A stretch of DNA of 64,000 bases from Candidatus Woesebacteria bacterium (GCA_963749595.1 CAVVNJ010000009.1:1380-65379); one strand, 5' to 3'. Positions 16,369 through 26,153 are shown, counted from the stretch's first letter. The notes: generated by a model not told the origin, from the letters alone. Translations and numbers: made by a program.

Positions 16369-18714
16369 ATGAGTAGGCTCGGCACAGTTCGACCGTTCTC
16401 TTTAGGGCGGTGGTTGAGTTTTTTGGGATTGCCTTTTGTTTGGGTGATAAGGCTGATTTTGGCGATCTTGTTGCAGCCGTTTGGTTGGTTGCGCCAAAAA
16501 ATTAGACCCAGCCATCGAACCAGTCGTTCGGCGAAAAAAAATAAATCTAGCCAACGCCGCCAGCGCTCAAACTTAGATTATGACTGGATTGAATCAACGG
16601 TTAGTTGGTCGCGCTGGCGCTCCGAATTGTTGTTTGCCTGGCAGTGGCACCGCCGTCAGTTTCGTTTCCGGCCGTCAGTTGAGCTGCCGGCACTGCCCTC
16701 CTGGATCGGCTTTAGTGTTTGGTCGGTTTTCTGCTTGAGCCTGATCAGTTTTGCGATCTATGATGCTTTTTTCCGCGATTTGCCTTCGCCGCAAGGAATT
16801 CGGGAGCGGGCACCGATCGTTTCGACCAAGATTTATGATCGCAATGGCCAGTTGCTCTACACCATTTTCAAGGATGAAAACCGCACCATTGTTCCGCTGA
16901 ACGAGATTTCCCCTTATCTGATTTCAGCGACGCTCGCGATTGAGGACACCGAGTTTTACCATCACTTTGGTATTTCGTTCAAAGGTATTGCCCGGGCCGT
17001 CTGGCACAACTTGCAACGCGAGACAATTCAAGGGGGATCGACGATCACTCAGCAGCTGGTTAAGAACACCTTGCTCAGCCGAGAGAGGACTTGGAGGCGC
17101 AAGATCCGCGAGGCCGTGTTGGCCTTGGAAGTCGATGCCCTCTACAGCAAGGAAGAAATTCTTTACCACTACCTTAACGACGTAAACTATGGCGGGTCGG
17201 TTTATGGGGTGGAGGAAGCTAGCCGATGGTATTTTTCCAAACCGGCCAAAGAATTAACATTGGCTGAGAGTACTTTTTTGGCCGGTTTGCCGGTGGCGCC
17301 GAGTGCTTATTCGCCTTTCGGCCCGACTCCATCTTTGGGTTTTGAACGACAAAAAGAAGTTTTGCGGCGGATGCGGGAGAACAATCTCATTACCGATGAG
17401 CAATTGAACCAGGCTCTGGCGGAAAAATTAACTTTCCGGACGGCGGCTTATGATATCAAGGCGCCGCACTTCGTGATGTACGTCCGCGGTCTATTGGCTC
17501 AACAATTTGGCGAGGAGTTGGTCAGTCAAGGTGGCCTGGAGGTCTATACCAGCCTAGATTTGACGGTCCAGGCCTCGGCCGAGGCGGCAGTAGCGGCCGA
17601 GCTGAAGCGTTTAGAGCGATTAAATGTTGGCAATGGCGCGGCCATGGTCACAAACCCCCGTTCCGGAGAGATTTTGGCGATGGTCGGCAGTCGCGACTAT
17701 TTTGACGCGGAGCATGATGGAACGGTTAACGTGACTCTCCGGCCGCGCCAACCCGGAAGCTCAATCAAGCCGATTACCTATGCTTTGGCTTTTGAACGCG
17801 GCTGGACACCTAGTTCGACTATCAATGATGAGCCGGTGATTTATACGGCGGCCGGCTCGCCGCCCTACGCGCCGAAAAATTATGACGGTCGTTTTCATGG
17901 CAAAGTGCCGCTGCGGGAGGCGCTGGCCAGTTCCTACAATGTGCCGGCCGTCCGCTTGCTGGTGGAGTTGGGCGTGCCATCACTGGTTGAAAAGGCGCGT
18001 CAACTTGGCATCACCACTTGGGAAGACTCTTCGCGTTTTGGTCTGTCTTTGACGCTGGGCAGCGGGGAAGTCACGATGCGGGATATGGCCCAGGTTTATG
18101 GCACTTTTGCCAATCAGGGGGTGACCGTACCCGTCAACCCGATTTTGCACGTCCGGCGCTGGGACGGACGCAATTTATACGTTAATCCGTGCGCCGCGTC
18201 CAGTCAGCCTTGTGGGGGTGAACGGACACTCACCGCGCTGACGGCCTATGAGATTACCAGTGTCTTGTCGGATAACGCGGCGCGCACGCCGGCTTTTGGT
18301 CCACGGTCGGTGCTTAACATTCCTAATCAGGAAGTGGCGGTTAAAACCGGAACCACCAACAGCTTGCGTGACAACTGGACGATTGGCTATACCAACGACC
18401 GAGTCGTTCTGACCTGGGTCGGCAACAACGACAATCGGCCGATGAGTCAGGTTGCCTCTGGAGTTACCGGCGCTTCGCCAATCTGGAATTCGATCATGAG
18501 CTCTCAATTGGTGGGCCGAACCCACGCTTTTGCTTTACCCAGCGGCGTTGAGAAAGTCAAAGTTTGCCGAGGCACGGGTACTTTACCCTGTCAGGAGTGT
18601 CCAAAGGTAACCGAGGAAGTGTTTTTGGCCGGGATGGCGCCGACCAAACAGTGCACGGCCACGATGTTCGCTCCGAAAGCCAACGAAACTGATGTCAAAA
18701 CCGCCCAGCGCTGA
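16369..18714 (+). CDS. class A penicillin-binding protein (transglycosylase/transpeptidase)
   Basis: GT51 motifs EDTEFYHH, GGSTITQQ and RKIREA. Transpeptidase motifs SSIK, SYN and KTGT. Confidence 0.9.
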   Translation: MSRLGTVRPFSLGRWLSFLGLPFVWVIRLILAILLQPFGWLRQKIRPSHRTSRSAKKNKSSQRRQRSNLDYDWIESTVSWSRWRSELLFAWQWHRRQFRFRPSVELPALPSWIGFSVWSVFCLSLISFAIYDAFFRDLPSPQGIRERAPIVSTKIYDRNGQLLYTIFKDENRTIVPLNEISPYLISATLAIEDTEFYHHFGISFKGIARAVWHNLQRETIQGGSTITQQLVKNTLLSRERTWRRKIREAVLALEVDALYSKEEILYHYLNDVNYGGSVYGVEEASRWYFSKPAKELTLAESTFLAGLPVAPSAYSPFGPTPSLGFERQKEVLRRMRENNLITDEQLNQALAEKLTFRTAAYDIKAPHFVMYVRGLLAQQFGEELVSQGGLEVYTSLDLTVQASAEAAVAAELKRLERLNVGNGAAMVTNPRSGEILAMVGSRDYFDAEHDGTVNVTLRPRQPGSSIKPITYALAFERGWTPSSTINDEPVIYTAAGSPPYAPKNYDGRFHGKVPLREALASSYNVPAVRLLVELGVPSLVEKARQLGITTWEDSSRFGLSLTLGSGEVTMRDMAQVYGTFANQGVTVPVNPILHVRRWDGRNLYVNPCAASSQPCGGERTLTALTAYEITSVLSDNAARTPAFGPRSVLNIPNQEVAVKTGTTNSLRDNWTIGYTNDRVVLTWVGNNDNRPMSQVASGVTGASPIWNSIMSSQLVGRTHAFALPSGVEKVKVCRGTGTLPCQECPKVTEEVFLAGMAPTKQCTATMFAPKANETDVKTAQR

Positions 18715-18858
18715 GGGTCTAACCCTCCAGGAGTGTAGGTGCCCCAGGGTCTTAACCTTAACCCAAAAACCAGAAGTACAACGACGCCAAAACACTTAAG
18801 ATCAGCAAAATTGGCAATACCCAACGGCCGCGCTTATAGCGTTCTTCACGGGGAGCAA

Positions 18859-19560
18859 TTATACGTTGGGATTTTTCGGCCATATTTCCCTAACTCTTTT
18901 TTCGATGAGATCCAGAGTCTCCTCAAGATTTATTTTTGACCGATCCAAATACCAGGCGTCTTCCGTAACGTGGAGCGGGTCAACCTCGCGACTGGTATCG
19001 CGCCGATCTCGGGTTTCTAATTCGGAACGGACTTCTTCCAGGGTAATGTCTTGACCCCGTTCGAGTAACTCGGTGTGACGCCATTGTGCCCGCGTTTCGT
19101 TGTTAGCCGTCAAAAAGATTTTTAATTGCGCCTTGGGCAAAACCCGGAAAGTAATGTCTCGCCCCTCCATCACTACGTTATTATTGGCGGCAATGGCCTG
19201 TTGCTGCTTGACTAACTCGCGCCGGACTTTGGCATAGAGCGCCACTTGTGAGGCGCCCTGGCTGACTTCTTCCGTCCGAATGGCCCAGGAGACATCTTCT
19301 CCATCAAGAAGTACGGTAATTTTGCGGCCGTCTTCCTGTTCTCCCTGCGGAGTGGCCAGGCTAATGGTGTGGTCGAGAAGAAGAGACGCCACCTGATTCT
19401 CATTAGCGATGGGAACCTCATTACGCAGCGCCAACAAAGCAGTGGCCCGGTACATGGCCCCAGTATCAACGTAGAGAAAACCCAAGCGCTGGGCGAGCAG
19501 GCGGGCAATCGTGCTTTTACCGACGGCAACGGGGCCGTCCAAAGCGATCTGAAAGGACAT
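18859..19560 (-). CDS. cmk: cytidylate kinase
   Basis: IALDGPVAVGKSTIA...VDTGAMYRA. Confidence 0.9.
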   Translation of the reverse strand: MSFQIALDGPVAVGKSTIARLLAQRLGFLYVDTGAMYRATALLALRNEVPIANENQVASLLLDHTISLATPQGEQEDGRKITVLLDGEDVSWAIRTEEVSQGASQVALYAKVRRELVKQQQAIAANNNVVMEGRDITFRVLPKAQLKIFLTANNETRAQWRHTELLERGQDITLEEVRSELETRDRRDTSREVDPLHVTEDAWYLDRSKINLEETLDLIEKRVREIWPKNPNV

Positions 19561-19572
19561 TAACGCGCCTTT

Positions 19573-19815
19573 TTAGCCTTGACAGCAGTCTTTTTGACCA
19601 CGTTTGGTTCTAGTTTTTTTGGCTGGCGCCGCCGACACTTCCTCATTCATTAACTCGTCGGAGCTGAGCGAAACCAAGCCAACCAATCCCAGAATTACGA
19701 AGACGATCGGCCAAAAACGCAACACGGTCGCCGGCAGAATTCCAGTAGTAGCCATAAAGGCCAGTACCCCGGCAAAGATCAGGGTTAGAGGCAGAACTAG
19801 CGGTGATTTGAACAT
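19573..19815 (-). CDS. small membrane protein, hypothetical
   Basis: Two predicted TM helices and a basic C-terminus. Confidence 0.5.
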   Translation of the reverse strand: MFKSPLVLPLTLIFAGVLAFMATTGILPATVLRFWPIVFVILGLVGLVSLSSDELMNEEVSAAPAKKTRTKRGQKDCCQG

Positions 19816-19896
19816 ATTCTCCTTTTTTTATTCGGACGTTGGGTGGCTATTGCCCAGTATAACGATCTTTCCTGGTTTCGCCAAGGTGAAGTTGAT

Positions 19897-20823
19897 TTAG
19901 AGGAATTGGCGGACAACCTCCGCCGATTTGGCCAGGGCGACTTGCTCGTCTGCTGATAAGGCGGTTTCCAAGACTTGTTCCACTCCCCGGCGGCCAACGA
20001 TTGCGGGCACGCTCAGAGAGACGCCGCTAATACCATAATAATTTTCGAGCGGAATGGAGACCGGCAGAACGCTGCGTTGGTTGCGGGCAATAACTTCCGC
20101 CAACTGCGTGACCACTGTCGCGATGGCATAATAAGTAGCCCCCTTGCCTTCGATAATGCGCGCCGCGGCCGTGCGGGCCAGATCATAGGCCGCGTTGACT
20201 TTTTGCGGCGTGTATTGCGGGAAGCGACTCAGTGGTTGGCCACCGATGCTGGCGTGTTCCAGAACCGGGAAAGAGGATTCGCCATGTTCGCCCAAAATGT
20301 AGGCGTGGACGCTGCGCGGATCGACTTCAAAGACCTGGGAGAGATGATAACGAAAACGGGCCGTGTCCAACATCGTGCCGGAGCCAAAAACACGACCCGC
20401 GGGCCAACCGGTTAATTTGGCGGCGCGAAAAGTAAGTACGTCAACCGGGTTGGTGACCATCAGTAATACGGCATCGGGAGCATTGGCCGTGATTTTTGGC
20501 ACCAGGGTTTCCAAAATGCCGATATTTTTTTTGGCTAGGTCCAATCGGCTTTCTCCCGGTTCTTGAGCGGCACCGGCCGTAAAAACTACCAGGTCAGATT
20601 CTTGGAGTTGGGCGTAGTCGTCGGTGGCAACTATTCGGCAAGGTGAAAGAAAAGGCAGAGCGTGTTCCAGATCCAGTTTTTCACTCTCCGCCTTGGCTTT
20701 GTCCCGGCTAATCAGTACCAATTCCGAGGGAATGCCCTGGGTGATTAAAGAAAAGGCGCTAGTCATGCCGACATTGCCGGTGCCGATGATTGCGATCTTA
20801 AAATTTTCGTCTGCCATATCCAT
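19897..20823 (-). CDS. ldh: L-lactate dehydrogenase
   Basis: IIGTGNVG Rossmann motif. AGAAQEPGESRLDL has the Gln typical of LDH rather than MDH. Also DTARFRY and GEHGES. Confidence 0.8.
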   Translation of the reverse strand: MDMADENFKIAIIGTGNVGMTSAFSLITQGIPSELVLISRDKAKAESEKLDLEHALPFLSPCRIVATDDYAQLQESDLVVFTAGAAQEPGESRLDLAKKNIGILETLVPKITANAPDAVLLMVTNPVDVLTFRAAKLTGWPAGRVFGSGTMLDTARFRYHLSQVFEVDPRSVHAYILGEHGESSFPVLEHASIGGQPLSRFPQYTPQKVNAAYDLARTAAARIIEGKGATYYAIATVVTQLAEVIARNQRSVLPVSIPLENYYGISGVSLSVPAIVGRRGVEQVLETALSADEQVALAKSAEVVRQFL

Positions 20824-20840
20824 TCACCATACCATACCGA

Positions 20841-20849
20841 TGCTATACT
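20841..20849 (+). promoter_or_regulatory. extended -10 promoter (TGcTATACT), 6 nt before the ddl ATG
   Basis: The ldh and ddl start codons are only 32 bp apart. Confidence 0.5.
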
Positions 20850-20855
20850 GGTCGC

Positions 20856-21962
20856 ATGATGCGCTTAGGTGTGGTTTTTGGTTCTCGCTCGGTTGAGCAC
20901 GAAGTTTCGATTATTACCGCCACCCAACTAATGAAGCACGTCGATCAGGCCAAGTATCAGCTGGTGCCCCTCTATATTGATAAGCGCGGTCGATGGTGGA
21001 CTGGACCGTCATTAACGAAGATCGAGACGTTCCGCGAGCTGGATCTGCAGGATCCGGTCGGAGATGATCGTCGGCCGATCGATTTTTCACCTGATCCGAC
21101 TAAGGATCATTCAGTGGACGTAGTAATCTTTTGTGTTCACGGCGGCCACGGGGAGGATGGAACTCTGGCCGGATTGATGGAATTGGCTAACGTGCCCTAT
21201 GTGGCTCCCGGTGTCGTGGCCGCCGGAGTGGCAATCGATAAAGTCATCACTAAGCATCTGGCTGAAGCGTCCGGGATACCGGTGACCAAATACACCTGGT
21301 TTACGCGCCAGGAATGGGAATCAGACCGCCAAGAAAAGTTGAATCAGATTACCGGTTTGGAATATCCGTTATTTGTGAAACCGGCCGGATTGGGTTCCAG
21401 TGTTGGCGTGACCAAGGTGGAATCGCCGGACGATTTGCCGGAGGCCGTTGAGCTGGCCGTTGAATTTGATCAGCGGATCGTGGTTGAGGAAATGGCTCGA
21501 GAATGCATTGAGGTCAACGTTTCCATCATTGGCTCCCAAGACAACGTCAAGGTTTCGGTGACCGAACAACCGGTGAGCACCGACGAGTTTCTCAGCTATA
21601 GGGATAAGTACGAACGCGGCGGCAAGAAAACCGGGGGAATGGCCAGCCTGAGCCGCCGGATACCGGCGCCGATTTCTCCCGAATTGTCAGATAAAATTCA
21701 GGAGTCAGCGCGCCGTTTCTGGCGTCTGATCGGCGGGGCGGGGGTAGCGCGGATTGATTTTTTCGCCAATCCCTCAACCGAAGAAATCTTTATCGGCGAG
21801 GTCAACGCCCCGCCTGGATCAATGGCTTTCTATCTTTGGGAAAACAGCGGTCTGTCTTATCCACAATTGATTGATTTTTTGGTTCACGATGCGCTGGAGA
21901 GGGCGCAGGGGCAGGTTGAGTTGCAATCGTCAATTGAATCGAATATTCTCAAAAAAACCTAA
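20856..21962 (+). CDS. ddl: D-alanine--D-alanine ligase
   Basis: GSRSVEHEVS and HGGHGEDGTLAGLMEL motifs; ATP-grasp C-terminus. Confidence 0.9.
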   Translation: MMRLGVVFGSRSVEHEVSIITATQLMKHVDQAKYQLVPLYIDKRGRWWTGPSLTKIETFRELDLQDPVGDDRRPIDFSPDPTKDHSVDVVIFCVHGGHGEDGTLAGLMELANVPYVAPGVVAAGVAIDKVITKHLAEASGIPVTKYTWFTRQEWESDRQEKLNQITGLEYPLFVKPAGLGSSVGVTKVESPDDLPEAVELAVEFDQRIVVEEMARECIEVNVSIIGSQDNVKVSVTEQPVSTDEFLSYRDKYERGGKKTGGMASLSRRIPAPISPELSDKIQESARRFWRLIGGAGVARIDFFANPSTEEIFIGEVNAPPGSMAFYLWENSGLSYPQLIDFLVHDALERAQGQVELQSSIESNILKKT

Positions 21963-21974
21963 GAGAAAGGCGAT

Positions 21975-22226
21975 ATGTCTCCGGAAAAGGGTACCTCCGA
22001 AAACGCGCTCTTGACTAATACTCTTCAGCTGGCCTGGAAAGAGATGCGGCATTCACCTCCTTCCGAAATAACTATTCCCTGGCTAAGGAACCGTTTTGTG
22101 CTTAAGAGTACTGGCGAGGTCTTACCGATCTTCAACCCCGGTGCCAACGATTCCGAGCAAGCCACGGCTAAAGTGGTCGCCCGGCAAGTGGAAAAAGCTT
22201 GGCGATCGGTCCTGAAGATCTATTGA
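21975..22226 (+). CDS. hypothetical protein
   Basis: ORF only. Confidence 0.45.
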   Translation: MSPEKGTSENALLTNTLQLAWKEMRHSPPSEITIPWLRNRFVLKSTGEVLPIFNPGANDSEQATAKVVARQVEKAWRSVLKIY

Positions 22227-22227
22227 T

Positions 22228-22617
22228 TTAAGTTGTTACGCCGCTTAAATCTTCAACCGTAGCCAACCAGTATTTTTTGTTGCCAAACTCCAGACTCCGT
22301 AGTGTCAGTAGTGTCTGGTAAGGGGTTCCGTCCCGGCGTCTGAATTGGCAGGCAAAGCGATTCAGATAGCCTTGTTTTTGGGCCAGCGCCAGAGCTCTAG
22401 CCCGCTCTTCGGGATAGGCATAGAGCCCGCCAACATTTTTGATGGCCATCATCTCTTCCCGGGTATAGCCGCCTGGTTTTAAGATCGCATCATTAAAATC
22501 GATTAAGTTGCCGTCCTGATCAGCAATTCCCATTCCGATTAACGCCTGTAGAAAAACCAAGTGATAGAAAGATTCTTTTTCTGTTTCGGATAATTCAAAA
22601 TTCTGCGTTTTGGCCAT
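22228..22617 (-). CDS. PAS-domain protein
   Basis: PAS-like fold pattern. Start trimmed to MAKTQ because the longer ORF overlaps tRNA-Cys. Confidence 0.55.
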   Translation of the reverse strand: MAKTQNFELSETEKESFYHLVFLQALIGMGIADQDGNLIDFNDAILKPGGYTREEMMAIKNVGGLYAYPEERARALALAQKQGYLNRFACQFRRRDGTPYQTLLTLRSLEFGNKKYWLATVEDLSGVTT

Positions 22618-22699
22618 AATTAACTTAGTTAAGCATATTTGCAGAGAGAAAAAAAGCGGCGAATCGGTAATTTTTCTCTCCGGCGGCGGCTGGCTTGCC

Positions 22700-22708
22700 T
22701 GATATAAT
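22700..22708 (+). promoter_or_regulatory. extended -10 promoter (TGaTATAAT), 9 nt before tRNA-Cys
   Basis: Sequence match. Confidence 0.5.
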
Positions 22709-22717
22709 AGCCGCATC

Positions 22718-22792
22718 GCCACGGTACCGGAGTGGTCTAACGGCCAGGTCTGCAAAACCTCGGATTCGCGGGTTCAAATCCCGCCCGTGGCT
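22718..22792 (+). tRNA. tRNA-Cys (GCA)
   Basis: Acceptor GCCACGG/CCGTGGC, anticodon loop CTGCAAA, T arm GCGGG-TTCAAAT-CCCGC, discriminator U73. Confidence 0.85.
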
Positions 22793-22797
22793 CCCTA

Positions 22798-22826
22798 TTG
22801 ACAACCTATAAGTCTAGGCCTAAAAT
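22798..22826 (+). promoter_or_regulatory. sigma70-type promoter of the arg leader
   Basis: TTGACA, 17-nt spacer, TAAAAT. Confidence 0.65.
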
Positions 22827-22832
22827 GGCCGA

Positions 22833-23093
22833 ATCTTGAACAATTAAAGATTAAATCCGTAAACAGTTGGGAGTCGCGTCCCAACCACCTGAAGAAGGTG
22901 CGGAGCCCCGCAAAATCGGGGACGGGACAGCCCGTTACAGCTGAAACTCTTGTCACCCATTGGGAAACAGAGAGAGTCGCTAAGCTCTGACGAGCGATCG
23001 CCAGACGAAGCAGAGTGGTACCACGGCCCGTTGAAGCCGTCTCTGCGTGTTACGAAGCAAACCGCTTCGTATCGCGCAAAGACGGCTTTTTTT
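22833..23093 (+). promoter_or_regulatory. T-box-type riboswitch leader (tRNA-sensing antiterminator)
   Basis: Antiterminator: helix GCAGAG/CTCTGC, a 7-nt bulge UGGUACC and helix ACGG/CCGU. It is mutually exclusive with the terminator. AGAGAG and CCGUUA strings lie upstream. Confidence 0.7.
23036..23093 (+). terminator. T-box leader terminator
   Basis: GCCGTCT.TGCG ... CGCA.AGACGGC long stem with an inner hairpin, then TTTTTTT. Confidence 0.8.
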
Positions 23094-23132
23094 GTACCGC
23101 GATTCATCCGGAAAAGCCAGATAAAGGGAAAT

Positions 23133-24503
23133 ATGAAGACGAAGTCAAAAAAACTTTGGTCTAAAGGTAGTGCACCGCTCGAACTAAATGTCCAAATTCT
23201 GGCGTTTACTTCGTCGGATGATTTGGTTGTGGACCAAAAGCTGATCAAGTATGACGTTTATGGATCCCTGGCTCACTTGAAAATGCTGCGACAAGTCGGT
23301 CTAATTTCCGAAACTGAAGCGGGACAGCTTCACGATGGATTGACCGATATTCTGAGCCTTTGGGAAAAGGGAAAATATCTTCTTCAACCGGATGATGAGG
23401 ATATGCACACCGGGATCGAGGGCGATCTGTCGATTAAGTATCCGATTGCCGGCCAGAAGATCCATACCGGTCGGTCCAGGAATGACCAAGTGTTAGTTGA
23501 CCTCAGACTTTACACCAAGGAGCAGCTGATTAATCTGGCACAGGAGGTGGTGGTATTGGCCAAACTTTTCCAAGGTTTCGCCCAGCAATACCAAACAGTG
23601 CCAATGCCGGGTTATACCCATATGCAGCCAGCGATGCTGTCTTCCGTCGGTTTATGGGCGGGCCAATTTAGTGAAAGCCTGCTCGATGATTTAGAGCAGC
23701 TTAAAGCGGCTTATGATTTGAATGATCAATCGCCGCTTGGATCTGGCGCCGCTTATGGGGTATCCCTCCCAATCGACCGAAAAATAACTGCTGATTTATT
23801 AGGATTTTCAAAAGTTCAAATTAACGCGCTTTATTGTCAGAATTCCAAAGGGAAAATTGAATCTTCAATCCTGAATGCCTTAGTGCAGGTGATGCTGACA
23901 CTGGGGAGGTTGGCCCAGGATTTATTGCTATTTACGATGGCGGAGTTCTCTTTTTTCAAAGTTGATACTGCCCTGACTACCGGCAGCAGCATCATGCCGC
24001 AAAAGAAGAATTTAGACGTTCTCGAGTTGGTGCGAGCGAGGGTTAAAAAAATAATTTCAGCCTATCTTGAAGCGACCTCGATTGTGGCATCCCTGCCATC
24101 CGGTTACAACCGGGATACACAGGAGATCAAAAAAATATTAATCGAGTCGGTCGAAACCACTTTGGAATCGGTCAAAATTGTGCAGCTGGTAATTCTAGGG
24201 CTAGTTCCGAATGAAAGTCAGATGGCAAAAAATATCTCCAAGGATATGTTCGCCGCCCATTTTGCTTTTGAAATTATGAAAGAGAAAGGGCTGCCTTTCA
24301 GGGAAGCCTATCAGTTTGTCGGGCAAAACTTGGAGTCCATACCTCAATACGATCCAAAATTAGTTCTTACCCAAACAACCTCTCTAGGCGCCCCTGGCAA
24401 TCTTCAGCTCAAGGAATTGGGCAAAAAAATTAAGACGGGCCAAAAGTACTGGAAAAAGCAGTCTGAGAATCATCAAGTAGTCATCGAAAAATTAATTAAA
24501 TAA
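23133..24503 (+). CDS. argH: argininosuccinate lyase
   Basis: HTGRSRNDQV and GSSIMPQKKN signature. Start trimmed to MKTKSKK (RBS AAAGGGA), because the longer ORF covers the leader RNA. Confidence 0.9.
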   Translation: MKTKSKKLWSKGSAPLELNVQILAFTSSDDLVVDQKLIKYDVYGSLAHLKMLRQVGLISETEAGQLHDGLTDILSLWEKGKYLLQPDDEDMHTGIEGDLSIKYPIAGQKIHTGRSRNDQVLVDLRLYTKEQLINLAQEVVVLAKLFQGFAQQYQTVPMPGYTHMQPAMLSSVGLWAGQFSESLLDDLEQLKAAYDLNDQSPLGSGAAYGVSLPIDRKITADLLGFSKVQINALYCQNSKGKIESSILNALVQVMLTLGRLAQDLLLFTMAEFSFFKVDTALTTGSSIMPQKKNLDVLELVRARVKKIISAYLEATSIVASLPSGYNRDTQEIKKILIESVETTLESVKIVQLVILGLVPNESQMAKNISKDMFAAHFAFEIMKEKGLPFREAYQFVGQNLESIPQYDPKLVLTQTTSLGAPGNLQLKELGKKIKTGQKYWKKQSENHQVVIEKLIK

Positions 24504-24512
24504 AGGAATTTT

Positions 24513-25784
24513 ATGAAAACAACCACTAATTATCAGAAGGTAGCCTCTCATGAGGTCAAGGAATCGAAGATCGATCAAGTCGTTCTTTTGTACTCAGGAG
24601 GACTGGACACATCAGTAATGCTGAAATGGATCCAGGAATCTTACAAGGCCAAGGTTATCGCTCTGACGGTTGATATTGGGCAGCAGGCCGATGACCTACA
24701 GGCCATTAAAGAAAAGGCCATATCCTTGGGAGCGGTTCAAACCTACACCCTGGATTGTAAGGATGAGTTTGCCACCGAGTACTTGGCCAAGGGAATTAAA
24801 GCTAATGCTGCTTATCAAGGCTCTTACCACCTGAGTACACCGCTTGGCCGGCCGTTATTGGCAAAAAAAGCGGTCGAAATCGCCCATCAAACGGGAACCA
24901 AGGTAATCGCCCATGGAGCAACCGGCAAGGGTAATGATCAGGTCCGGATTGAATCATCAATTTTATGCCTGGACCCAACCTTAAAAATTATCGCCCCGGT
25001 GCGGGAGTGGGCGATGGGCCGGGATGAGGAGCTGGTTTACGCCGAAAAACATGGTATTCCCACCGCCCAAAAAAAGAAGGGGGTGGCCTACTCCTGGGAT
25101 GACAATATGTGGGGCGTTACCGGCGAAGGTGGGGAAATTGAAGATCCCAAGCTGGTGCCCCAGTACGAAAAAATTCTGCAGGTATGTAAAACCATCGAAG
25201 AAACCCCGGACGAACCAGAGCTGGTTTCCCTGGAATTTAAGAATGGCTTGCCAGTAGCGCTTAACCAAGCTCAACTTCCTTTGGCCAAATTAATCATTCA
25301 GCTCAACCGAATTGCCGCGAAACACGGGGTTGGGGTAACCACGCTGATCGAAGATCGGTTGGTGGGGTTAAAGGTCAGGGGTGTTTATGAGTCACCGGCA
25401 GCCGAGGTCATTATCACCGCGCATTTCAATCTGGAAAAACTGGTTTCCACGCAGACTGAAAATGAGATGAAAGCCATGATTGACCAGAAATGGGCTTATC
25501 TTTGCTATTGTGCCAAATGGTTCGAGCCGACCATGGATCATTTGAATGCCTATATTAATTCGGTGAATGCCAAGGTGACCGGCAAGGTGAAGGTTAAGTT
25601 GTTTAAGGGGCAGGCGACAGTAGTCTCCATCGAATCGCCATACTCACTTTTTGATGCCGACCTGGCCACCTTCAACAAAAACGGCAAATTCAACCAGAAT
25701 TCGAGCGCCGGATTCATTGAGATCTATTCTTTAGCGATGAAGACCGCCCATTTAGTTGCGGAACATCCACCCCTTGACGTTTAG
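24513..25784 (+). CDS. argG: argininosuccinate synthase
   Basis: LLYSGGLDTS ATP-binding motif; full-length family pattern. Confidence 0.9.
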   Translation: MKTTTNYQKVASHEVKESKIDQVVLLYSGGLDTSVMLKWIQESYKAKVIALTVDIGQQADDLQAIKEKAISLGAVQTYTLDCKDEFATEYLAKGIKANAAYQGSYHLSTPLGRPLLAKKAVEIAHQTGTKVIAHGATGKGNDQVRIESSILCLDPTLKIIAPVREWAMGRDEELVYAEKHGIPTAQKKKGVAYSWDDNMWGVTGEGGEIEDPKLVPQYEKILQVCKTIEETPDEPELVSLEFKNGLPVALNQAQLPLAKLIIQLNRIAAKHGVGVTTLIEDRLVGLKVRGVYESPAAEVIITAHFNLEKLVSTQTENEMKAMIDQKWAYLCYCAKWFEPTMDHLNAYINSVNAKVTGKVKVKLFKGQATVVSIESPYSLFDADLATFNKNGKFNQNSSAGFIEIYSLAMKTAHLVAEHPPLDV

Positions 25785-25803
25785 GTGTTAATTTGATTAT
25801 ATT
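25774..25803 (+). promoter_or_regulatory. groESL promoter
   Basis: TTGACG, 18-nt spacer, TATATT. Confidence 0.5.
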
Positions 25804-25828
25804 AGCACTCGGAAAAAAGAAGTGATAA
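25802..25828 (+). promoter_or_regulatory. CIRCE-like inverted repeat (HrcA operator-like)
   Basis: TTAGCACTC-N9-AAGTGATAA compared with the consensus TTAGCACTC-N9-GAGTGCTAA. Confidence 0.55.
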
Positions 25829-25841
25829 CGAAAGGACGACT

Positions 25842-26153
25842 ATGGCAGAATTGACTGTCAAGAACATCGCTCCTCTGGCTGGATTCGTCGTAGTCGAACC
25901 CGCCGAGGCGCAACGGCAGACCTCATCCGGGATTTACCTCCCCTCCGGCGGCGAAGAAAAGCCGCAGGTCGGCAAAGTCGTGGCCGTGGGCGGTGATACC
26001 GTCAACGAACACGGGGTTGTGGTTAAGGCGCCGGTCAAAAAAGACGACACCGTTCTCTATAAAAAGTGGGGCGGCAACGAAATTAAGTTAGCCGACGGAA
26101 AAGAAGTACAAGTGATGAAGTTTGAAGACCTCATCGCGGTAATTAAGGAGTAA
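25842..26153 (+). CDS. groES: co-chaperonin GroES
   Basis: Family pattern; immediately upstream of groEL. Confidence 0.95.
   Translation: MAELTVKNIAPLAGFVVVEPAEAQRQTSSGIYLPSGGEEKPQVGKVVAVGGDTVNEHGVVVKAPVKKDDTVLYKKWGGNEIKLADGKEVQVMKFEDLIAVIKE

Noticed and set aside
22228-22755. Maximal ORF extensions: 22228..22755 (covers tRNA-Cys), 22950..24503 (covers the T-box leader), 41250..41768 (covers the hairpin element), 40488..41111, 53299..53613 and 34908..38714.
   Set aside because: Internal ATG codons with RBS or promoter signals coincide with the conserved protein N-termini. The extensions overlap RNA features or upstream genes.
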